In this document: in pieces, positions 50,001-64,000 of the stretch
Position numbering within the stretch: position 1 is the stretch's first letter
Layout of the letters: every line of letters begins with the position of its first letter
From: Pocillopora damicornis
Taxonomy: Eukaryota
Length of the DNA stretch: 64,000 nucleotides
NCBI RefSeq assembly: GCF_003704095.1
Contig: NW_020843698.1
Span: 62,001-126,000 of the forward strand
Direction: 5' to 3'
Program-made: the position numbers and the translations under genes
The notes under the pieces: model-generated
What the model was told of the DNA's origin: nothing
The model's database searches: none
The model's input: only the letters and a program-made list of their open reading frames with translations

Positions 50001-53000
50001 GTAGAGGGTTAAAATCAACCCATATCTAGGGCTCATATTGGTATCCCTGGTGAAATTGGCCAGCTTTTGGGTGCTCATTTAAATCAAAGGTGAGTACGCC
50101 TGAAAGAAGGGTGGCAGAAGTGTAAGTTACAATTCCTTCCTTCTGCAATTCTCAGCCAAACTGCCAATTTCATAGTTGCATTCACATTTTGATATCTTTA
50201 TCTTGTGTATACTTGACTCCCTATTTATGTCAAGCACCACTTATAAATTATTATTGCACACACTGGAAAGAATACAAACCTTTCTGAATCCCTCATTTTG
50301 TTCATTTCTGCTTTGAGTTCATGGAACTGAGTAGCAACTACTTCTCTTTGCTTGGAAAAGATAAGAATTTTTACAAACTATTAATCCAAGGTTTAAATAT
50401 AGATGTATAAGCTGCAAGACTTAAACCATGTTATCAAGTTGATCCTCATTGTAGAGCAGAGCAGTTTTTGAATATTTGGGCAAAAATGGAAAAAAAAGAT
50501 AATTATTATCATGGTTTCAATCATGGTTTTGGTCTACAGCTGAAGTGCTCCTCTGTTTATGCAGCTACACTGACAAGTTATTCCCACAAATTAGGTGATA
50601 AAACAAGGTACCCAAAGCTCTTTTTCAGACTCACCTCTTTTATGAGTCTGTTCCTTTCATCACATTCTTTAGCATTTGTTGCCATTTTACTTTTAAGCTG
50701 AGAAATGTTGTCCTGAAAGACAAATGTCAGTTTTGAAGTGTATAGTTTGTGGAAATGTGCAGATATTCAAGCATGAGGCCATCAAATTTTTACGGCAAGA
50801 TAATATATTATTGATCACCTGTATTCTTTGCAGTTTTCTCATTTGGGTTTCTATTTCATAAGAACTCTTCTCATCTTTAGCTTTGAGATTTTCAAAAGCC
50901 AATTTTCTCTCCTCTGTTGTTTCATTGTAATTCTTGAGTGCCTTTAAAACAAAAAGCTCACATAAGATCCAGGTACATACAATTTTCAATAAACATAATA
51001 TGTCAACATCCATGTTTTTCTTTGTTTTTTTTTTTGGTGCTAGTAAATGAGTATGCAAGGGGAAACAGAGAGTGTAAGTGCTCCAAATGGAGAGAAGCCA
51101 CAGCTCTTTTAAAATTTGCTTGTTCTCTGTGATATTATTCAAGAGAAAAAACCTTTTGTGAACAGGTTACAGTCAAGAAAGTAGCAAAGAAAAACACTAA
51201 CACACTTCAAACTGGTTACAAAATGGATATGACCAAGTAAGTTTTCTTTACATTTGTCAATCAATTGTACTCGAGGTAAGATGAAATAATTATAAACTTA
51301 CCTGTTGAAATTGTCTCCATAAATCCTCCACTGTTCCTTCCAGTTGTATTCTCAGAGCATGTTTCTCCTCCAGGTTCTAGCAAACCAAGACCAGAATAAT
51401 TATTATACACTGCTTTTAGATTATTTCAAACAAAAGTAGCAATAGGGTATGCTTAATATTTTACCTACTAATACATGTATAGTGGTACTGACTGTGCACA
51501 TCAGATCAAGGTAATCTGATTTATGCATTAAATGAAAAATATGCTAAGGTATGCCAACATGCAAATAGAAGTTAATTAATAGTACATGTAATGCATTACT
51601 TTGTTTTTTATTTCATCTCTAAGACTTTGAAAATCTTGCTTAGCCTCATTTTCCAGTTCATTCCATTCTTCCTCCATTGCAAACATGATGTCCTGAATGT
51701 CATGCATCTCCCTTCTCTGTTGGCTTATGATCTTCATTCTGAAGTATAACACATTGTTTACTTAATAAGTAGTATGTAATAATAATGGTTGTGTGACTGA
51801 GTGGAGTCCAATTCATTCTGTAATCATAAAAGTGATTAATAAAATTGGATGTCCTCTAAGTGGACGTCTGATTTGTTAATCGCAAGTATGATTAAAGACC
51901 AAATTGGATGACACAAANNNNNNNNNNNNNNNNNNNNNNNNNNNNNNNNNNNNNNNNNNNNNNNNNNNNNNNNNNNNNNNNNNNNNNNNNNNNNNNNNNN
52001 NNNNNNNNNNNNNNNNNGACCCATCCTTGTTACTGCATTATTCTCAATCAATATTTTATTCCCTTAGATATCTTGATTAAGGTGTCATAATGACTAATAC
52101 ATACCCTCTCTCATGATAACTCTCCATTGGTTTTGTAGTTTGTTCAGATTGAATTTTGTGCTCTTTTCTTCTTTAATTAGTTTATCCTAGCATAACAACA
52201 AAAGAAACTCCACTATCAGACATTGTTCACAGTGCAGAACTGGTAAGGGAATATCAAACAAAGTGAACAACACGAAAATTAATTAAATGTAAGGGGGGCT
52301 TAAGTTTCTGAGGAAACTGTGGTGCTGGGTGATGGGGGGTTTTACGAGACAATTTGGCTTAAGAGTTTCTTAAGCTGACTTTTTAGCATTAAAACTTTAC
52401 CAAAGCAAGTAGAGAAATTGCAGGCTGTTTGTGGTTAGGGTTATTTGATAGAAAACCAAATTATCTCTCAATTAAAAGTAAATTATTTCAATGTAGAAGT
52501 AATGGTTTTCAGGTTAGTCAAGTCAAAGACTGTTGTCCATGGCAGTGACTGACATTTCCATAAAGGGGTCCTGTGAACTGATATACCAATCACAATGCAA
52601 GACTCAAAAGAACAAAGTGGAGATGAGGGGGAGGAGGAGAGGGGGAGAGAGGGAGAGGGAGAGGGAGAGGGGGGAAGCTATTTCATGAGAGGCAAGTAAA
52701 CTGCTCGGAATCCAATTTATCATAAAGAGTAATATACAATTTAATTCAGTGATACACGCTCCGGAGCTGAGCGACAGCGTGAGCAAATTATGTAAACTCT
52801 ATTTAAGCTTTTAAAACTACTTCAAAATATGTATTTGAAAGATCGGTACGGTTGGCAATTGGAGAGGTTGAAATTTGTTGCATCATCCAGTCTGTCATCA
52901 TTAACTTTGCAACCGCTTCAAGTCGTTGCAAAATATGAGATCCTGGTAATATAACTGCCACTGAGTTTCGCGAACTTATGTAGAGGTTGAATAAAAAATA

Positions 53001-53168
53001 CAAAGTACAATTTGTGCGATTTACCTTCAAAAATTGTGTCAACATGTCCTCCTTTTTCTTCTTCATTTCTTCCTCTGCCAATCTTTTCTGCTCCATATAA
53101 AGAAGCCTCTCTTCCTCAGTCATCTTTGCAAGTTTCTTTTTGCCTGATTTCTTTTTCTTGGGAGGCAT
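47006..53168 (-). CDS. CCDC65: Dynein regulatory complex subunit 2 (coiled-coil domain-containing 65); exons missing at the 51918-52017 gap
   Basis: Exons 53025-53168, 52105-52186, [gap], 51600-51738, 51302-51376, 50819-50941, 50635-50712, 50280-50350, 49629-49698, 49029-49181, 48491-48541, 47729-47822, 47421-47493, 47006-47093. Motifs [74 protein letters not shown]. Confidence 0.92.
49801..50012. mobile_element. TTAA-flanked MITE, subfamily C
   Basis: TTAACCCTTTGACC...GTAGAGGGTTAA. Relatives at about 13745-13928, 15490-15665, 28270-28475, 28776-28985, 34845-35046, 37730-37905, 40010-40212, 41591-41800, 54600-54800, 59967-60170 and 61190-61322. Confidence 0.75.
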
Positions 53169-53248
53169 TTTTCCTCCGGAATGTATCGAAAACAAGAAAA
53201 ACGATACAGATCCTGACTCAAATGGCTGACCCCAAAAGAGTGATCACC

Positions 53249-53261
53249 GTTGCTTGGCGAC
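53249..53261. promoter_or_regulatory. RFX X-box in the CCDC65/ASPDH bidirectional promoter
   Basis: GTTGCTTGGCGAC resembles the X-box palindrome GTTGCC-N-GGCAAC and lies 80 bp upstream of the ATG of a motile-cilia gene. Confidence 0.65.
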
Positions 53262-53356
53262 GGGAAGGTACATCATATATGGTATCCTAGAGCATACTTA
53301 AAAATACAAAAACGAGCGCATCAGACCATTGTCTGGCAAAACAATTTTAAAAAAGT

Positions 53357-57722
<4,366 letters not shown>

Positions 57723-58374
57723 ATTAGCTTTCAAAAAATTTGTATTTTTAAGAATTTTTCTTTTTTGAAAAAATGGATCCCAAATAAAAACACCTTTTGG
57801 TATGTACACATATCAGGGAGAGGTTAATCCTTCCACTCTCAAGATCTCATTAGTAATCCTCCTTAGTGTCTGCCATACAATTCCTATGATATTAGTTGAG
57901 AGAATAAGAGTCCTTTGGGCTGGTTAAAGGAGAGTTATGCTCCAGATACAGGGGTTTCAAAACAAGCTGGCAACCGTCAGAGTTCTACTAGCTCCTTGAT
58001 AATAAGTTGCCAGTTTCACTGATCAAAATAATTACCTTGTGGTCTTTAATCAACTTTTCAATTCCCCTACTTTTGCAGAATCTGATGCCTTCTTCAAAAC
58101 ATTTTGAAGAAACAGATTTTATCTACGCAATATTTTTTGCTTGTGCTCTATTGGCTCAAATATACCATGTGATTGGATATTGTCAATTATCCATTTACAA
58201 AAAAAGAGGCTAGACTCTAAACTCTGTAGAACTTGTTAAATGAGCCATAACATTTGTGGTGTCAATTGAGTACAGGACACCTGAGAAATGCGTACCGGAA
58301 GTAACTTTGGGCTCATTTCTATCCGGTGTGGGAAGAAGAATGGGCTCCCTGTGAACCCTTGGGCAACCCCTTAG

Positions 58375-58500
58375 CCCCAGTTGTTCGAAGATTGGATAAC
58401 GCTATCCACTGGATAAAACTCTATCCGGTAGATAACGCCATACGTTTTGCTATCACTTATACGCCGGATAGCGGTTTATCCGTTGGATAGCATTATCACT
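58375..58500. repeat. Palindromic GGATA/TATCC-rich MITE-like repeat; relative at about 29215-29330
   Basis: GGATAACGCTATCCACTGGATAA...TTATCCGTTGGATAGC; the same motif class occurs in both places. Confidence 0.55.
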
Positions 58501-58622
58501 GGTTACTCGGGCTTTTCGTGCCTGTTATCTATTATCGAAAGAATGCCCTGGGAACGAGGTTACACGAAATCCAGAGCACAGGCGGAAACTTTTCAGGATG
58601 TCTTGAATAATTCACCGATAAT

Positions 58623-61600
58623 ATGAGTAAATTGGACATCTATGCAGGTGAGAGGTCTCGTCGCTGTAAACAGTAGTAACTGATTAAGTAAGGAATAACT
58701 ACTTTGGGTTCAAAAATGGCGCGTGGTGATGACAAAGTTTCGAAAAATGTTGATAAACTCGGAGTCAACAGCTGTTGAACTGGCAGAGTTTCAAGATATG
58801 GAGAAAGATAATTCACCCCGAACCAAATAAGGGAATCAAAGTTTGTTTCGTCAATGATGTCACCAATCAGCTAATTATTTAAAATCGACCAATATTTCAG
58901 ATCTGAGGTTGTAAGGCAAGAAGAAAAAGTCCAGAATCATTAGGGTTCCTCTCAAGAATTAGTTTGGCTTCGATAAGAATTTTTTCCTTCCTTTTGAAAT
59001 TTCTTTATATTCAGCTACTGCCATACCTTTTTTAAAATAAATGTCTCCCTAAGTTCATTAGTTTGTAGTTCTCACAGTCTGCTTAACCGAAAAAAAACAG
59101 TTTAATCTCTGAGAGTGTGTGTTGAGCTGGAAAATGTATCCTCTGCCAAAATGGCGACCAAAAATTGAAATTGAGTTTATGGAAACACAACTCCCATAGC
59201 AAGTAAAGGCATGGTTCATATAGAAACTATGGAAAATGCTAAGTCAGTTCAATCCAGCTTATTAGTAAAATAACTGTTTCAAATTTGGTCATATTTGCAT
59301 ACTTTTGGGTTTGGCATACACCCTCAGCCATTCAAATGTGTGAAATTTTTTTCAAATTTTAAATAAAATTTTGTGTGGCTTGAATGATACCAGACTGGAA
59401 TAGAGATGTTCTTTTACTGAGGTCACTATGGAGTTTTTTGGAGGCTAATTTGACCCATTTAACAAGGTTATTAAGACAACCATCTAGCTCACTGCTGAGA
59501 TTTGACAATTGATAAGGTAAGGTATGAAGCCAATGAAAAAGTATTCAATATATTGTATCACTATAGCTTTAACTATGACTTAAAAGGTTCAGTGACAGTT
59601 GCCCGGAATAAAAGAGGAAAGTGATTGTAAAAGCAGGGATAAGAAAAATTATAGAGGAACAATTTTAATCCTTTTTAACATGTTTTTTTATTTCATTTTC
59701 TTATCTGATCAACAGATGCTGTAGCATGGTATGTAACATTTTGTCTATAATGTTAAATTCCTTTTAACAAAGTTCTCCAAGTAAACCTTCATGAGCAATC
59801 TATAACCTTACCTTTGTTAGGCTGGGAGAAGTAGGCATAAAGGTATTTCTAAAAAACAAGAGCCATTGTAGACTGTCCAGTGATGATAATTAACAACTAC
59901 GTGAAGTCTACAACTGACCCAAGTAGCCTAATTATTCTGTGGATGCTTTGTCTAGTTTCAACAGCATTAACTTTTTGCACCCTAAGATCAGTATACGTAT
60001 TCCTCATACTGTTCTCTGTACATCTGAAATGGTATTGACAAGGAAGTTGTGTAGAACAGTCAAGAGTTTCTTGAGTAGGTGATCATCTTCTGTATTCTCA
60101 CAACCTTACTGTTTGATTCAGTGGTGGTCATGTATAGAGAGATTAGATGCCAGTCACTCCCAGGGGTTATATTAAGAGTCAAATACCTGCGTGGTAGACT
60201 AACTGGCTCACCGATTGGCATGGTGGACTGAGCTCATAGTGGTTTGGGATCTAAACCTGACAGGGCCATTCTGTTTCGTTCTTCAGCCAGTCACTGTTCT
60301 CTCACAGTGCTTCTCTCTACCCAGGAGCATCAATGGATACTTCTCACCTGTCATGCAAATATGACAGGGTATTTTGTCTCTACCCATTTGTATTCCTGAA
60401 AGGAAAGAAGAACTGTGTGACTAATATATCTTTCTCAAGACTAGGGAACCTCTTGACCCAGTGTAGAGTGAGCTGACTTATAGACATGCTCATCCTTTAG
60501 ATAACATGTTAGACTCCAAGATTTTTGCTATTAAATTTTTTTTCTTCTTTGTAGGTTAGAGGGAGCTGTTTTTGAAAGTCAGAAAATGGGTCATGTTAAT
60601 CTTGATGCATTAATAAGTGACTGTAAGAATGCATCCCAGTGTGTTCAGATGCTTTTACCAATAGAGGAGGATTCACTTATACGGGTAATAAGTAATGTAG
60701 TTTAATTTCCTTCAGCTAGTAAAACAAAGTGCGACAGTAAATGGTGCGATATACTGGCTGAGGAGTGGAAAAATTAGGGAGGCTTGGGTCAGGTCATGCA
60801 ACATCACATCTACAGGACCCAACCCAATCTTTCCTTGTTTTTGTTCTGTTTCTACTTCTGGGCCATTCACTGTTTTGTTTTGTTTTTTAATTGAATGCCT
60901 GGAACAGGCTATAGTTCCTTTTTGGAATTTATTTCACTGGTTTTTTTAAGTCTTTTTTTTTTTTGCAACAAATTTGAAAAATGGCATGTAGTATTATGAC
61001 CATGCAATAATTATTAAGCTAGCTTCAAATCTTAATTGTTATAATTTTGACCCTTAGAATGCCCTTGATGAAATTTCTATCTCACTGGAAAGTTATCTTG
61101 AGATTCTTCACAAGAAAAAGAGGCTGCTTGACTATGGATACACATCAGACTCAGGTATTCTTCATAACTTAAACACTAACCCCTTTCACCTTTAACTCCA
61201 AAGAGTGACTAGCCTCAAACTTTTCCAAACAGTTTCACTGCTGAGTCAGACATTAAGGTCAAGAAAATACAGAAAATGATCACTAGACAAAAGGCTCTTG
61301 ATGATAAAACACATTCTCCTTGTTCTCCTGATGTTATGGTGTAGATGGTTAAGAAGGCTAACATTCCCAGGCTTCAGCTCTGAAGACTGATGTCAAACTG
61401 TATGAGGCATTTCTCATGTTTTCACAGACACAAAACCACAATAAATCAACATCTATTTATAATGCCCAGTTTACGAGATCTGTAAAATGCCTTAACAATC
61501 CCTTGTAAAAAACCCATTGGTTTTAATACTTGTATAATGAAAGGAAGTAGTTTCCCTGGCAAAGGTTTCCTCATCTGCCTCTCAGCTACCCTTGCTGTGC

Positions 61601-63678
61601 CATTTTTATTTTTTCTTACACATTTTGAGATCATTTATGATATTTTGCTAGACACACCCACAGCAACATGGTATCTGTTTGTCAATTGTTTTTACCCTCT
61701 AGAAATGAATCCAGTAAAAAGTGAAAATAATGATTGTAGAAGGTGAGCTAATTATTATTAATTAATTAATTATTAATTAATTTATTAATTAGCTAATTAT
61801 TAATTATTAATTAATTAAGTTATTATTAGAAACAAGCCAATTGTATTACCCTGTTTCTTACTTTTATCTTACAATCCCAAAAACTCAAATGACAGCCCTG
61901 GTGCCTTAACCCTTGAGCCCATAATCATTGGTTAAATTTTAATCTTGTTTTAGAGTGATTTAATCGTGGGTTAGCACTAATCGGCTTTCGAACAACTGGA
62001 GCCTGATTGTTAATTCTCCTTTCTAGCTACTATGCATTTCCTTATAAATTAGTTATGGGAATTTGGTGTTAGATCAAGAAGACAACTTCTGCCTGATAAG
62101 TTCCAGTATTCTCATTACCTGTTTGCTGGATAATGTATGGATATAATAGAGAGAAGTTAATCACTTTCATCTCTTGCAGGCGAAAAATTGCAATTCAAGA
62201 CACAATTGTTTCCCATGGGCTTATTAAATTCTGTGATGTTGTTGGCCTTAATGATGCTAAGCAAGCACTGAAAGAAGCTGTTGTTACACCACTTCAATTT
62301 CCACACTTCTTTACAGGTAAGAACTTACTTATTTCAATGTCTCTGATATGTAAATTGTAGAATCAATCTAGGGCAAACTAGAAAGATAGGGAGTGTTTAG
62401 TGAATATTGCTATTTTTGGGTTAACCATTTGACACAGTGGCCATAAATATATGCATATTTATGTTAGGGTGTAGAGAGTTAAAATGTTTCGAAATTGTGA
62501 CGTTTTGTAGGGGGTCGACAGCCATGGAGGCGAATACTGCTGTATGGACCACCAGGAACAGGTACTCCAGTTTAATCTACGTCACTACTAGTCCATCGTT
62601 TGCCACCAATAGACCAAAAATAATATCTATTCTAAGGAGACAAAAGATAAAAAAAATGTGATAACATTCCACACCAATAACCTTGATTTACGGGCTGGCT
62701 CTCTAAGATTATGAGCACTTTTCAACTGAGAGTCGAAAGTAATCTGCATTTACATTGGTGTTCTTTAGAGCAATTTCCATTGAGTGTCGAAAGTTATCCG
62801 ATATGGATTGATTTCGCTTTACTCCGTTCTGTGATTGGTCCTGTCAACCAATCAGATGCAAAACTAAAACCAATTACATCTTGGTCACCCGCGTTTTCCC
62901 GCGCTTTGGGCAGTTTGCTTGCTTTTACTTTGAGTTTTCATTGGTTCTTTAAGGGTATTTTCCTTTCTTCTGATTGGCCACCGTTGCGACAACTTTTGGT
63001 TTTGGTTTTGCAACACTTATTGAAAAGCGCTCTACTACACGTCTTCGTTGGTCCGGGAAAATTTTACCACTCTCTCGACCAGTCAGATGCAAAACTTAAA
63101 AAACTGCAATTTGTTCTCACGTATTTTTTTGCGCTTCAGGCGGTGTGCTTGGTTTTTCTTTGAGATCTCCTTCGCACCATCTCGCGTGACTAGCCAATGT
63201 CCTCATACTTAAGGCTTGGTTTAACTTGATTAAGTCGAAAAGCGCTAAGGCCTGAGTACAACGATTAGAAAAAGTTGCATTAGTTTTAAGATTTGTTTGA
63301 AGTCATTGTCACATTTTCACTAAAATTGGTAGTCATTGCAGTTTATTTATATCGTCATAACTGAGAGTTACTGCTACTGTTTTTGTTTAATAGGTAAAAC
63401 AAGACTCGCGCAGGCTGTGGCTTCAGAGATCAACTCTGTATTTTACAGTGTGTCCAGTTCTGATCTAGTGTCCAGTTGGGTCGGAGAGAGTGAAAAGTAC
63501 GTACAGCATATGTTGCTATTTGGATGGGTGCAATGTTCTCCTAAACCCCATAACTCCCGTGAGTGACCAAGGCAGAATTTCTCCTTACAATGTTTTCTTG
63601 TGTTTTTTTGTTTGTTTGTTTTTTGTAAGGCTTATCAAGGAGCTATTCCAAAATGCAAGAGGCCAACAGGTTCAATCA
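58623..63678 (+). CDS. VPS4-like (meiotic-clade) AAA+ ATPase, 5' part; continues beyond the window
   Basis: Exons 58623-58647, 59716-59728, 60555-60684, 61058-61154, 61703-61742, 62180-62316, 62511-62561, 63394-63496, 63630-63678, in phase. AAA motifs [45 protein letters not shown] (Walker A), [23 protein letters not shown]. The first exons are less certain than the AAA exons. Confidence 0.85.
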
Positions 63679-64000
63679 GTAAGTATAAAACTTGTTTTGT
63701 AGCGCGCGAGTCAGTACAAGGAATCTGCTTCTACACTTGTGCGACCTTCTTCATACTATTCAAGCCGATGGAATCTCAGTCCTGAAGAAGAGAGTTTTCG
63801 GATTTTTCTGTAAGCTTCGTTTTTAACTGAGTCTTATCTACGAACGGATGTGAATCAAAGATTATATTTTTTAAGCGAAGTTTAAACTTGATAACAAAAA
63901 AACTAAGACCAATTTAGGCACAGTTAGGTGTACTTTAAGTTGCACAGGTGAAGTCCTTATTAAATTTTTCTTACTAACATCAATTACTGCTCTGAACCAC

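Noticed and set aside
61750-61830. Nearly pure A/T tract
   Set aside because: A low-complexity intronic (ATTA)n-like run with no further structure.
62711-63163. 150-aa ORF and similar ORFs at 7556 and 47932
   Set aside because: They lie within copies of the TAGAGC-ended dispersed repeat and share its translation; not genes.

Overview
Eukaryotic, AT-rich, intron-rich genomic DNA with five assembly gaps (11494-11593, 12385-13029, 13249-13348, 38755-38854, 51918-52017). The repeat landscape suggests a scleractinian coral, probably pocilloporid (inference from repeat style, not verified). Most entries in the ORF track are spurious, so I rebuilt the genes by hand from splice sites and reading phase. 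In order: a secreted somatomedin-B-domain protein (-), MMAB (-), TBC1D10-like RabGAP (-), an orphan two-exon secreted protein (+), POR (+, exons missing at a gap), FKBP14/7-like (-), CCDC65/DRC2 (-, exons missing at a gap) head-to-head with ASPDH (+, one GC-AG intron), and a divergent VPS4-like AAA ATPase (+, runs off the window). Introns carry many MITEs, a hAT-like element with a 5-bp TSD, a LINE 3' fragment and a decayed hammerhead/Penelope-type hairpin. The most unusual signal is a dispersed 32-bp CCAAT minisatellite that occurs twice, each time within 1 kb of a gene start.
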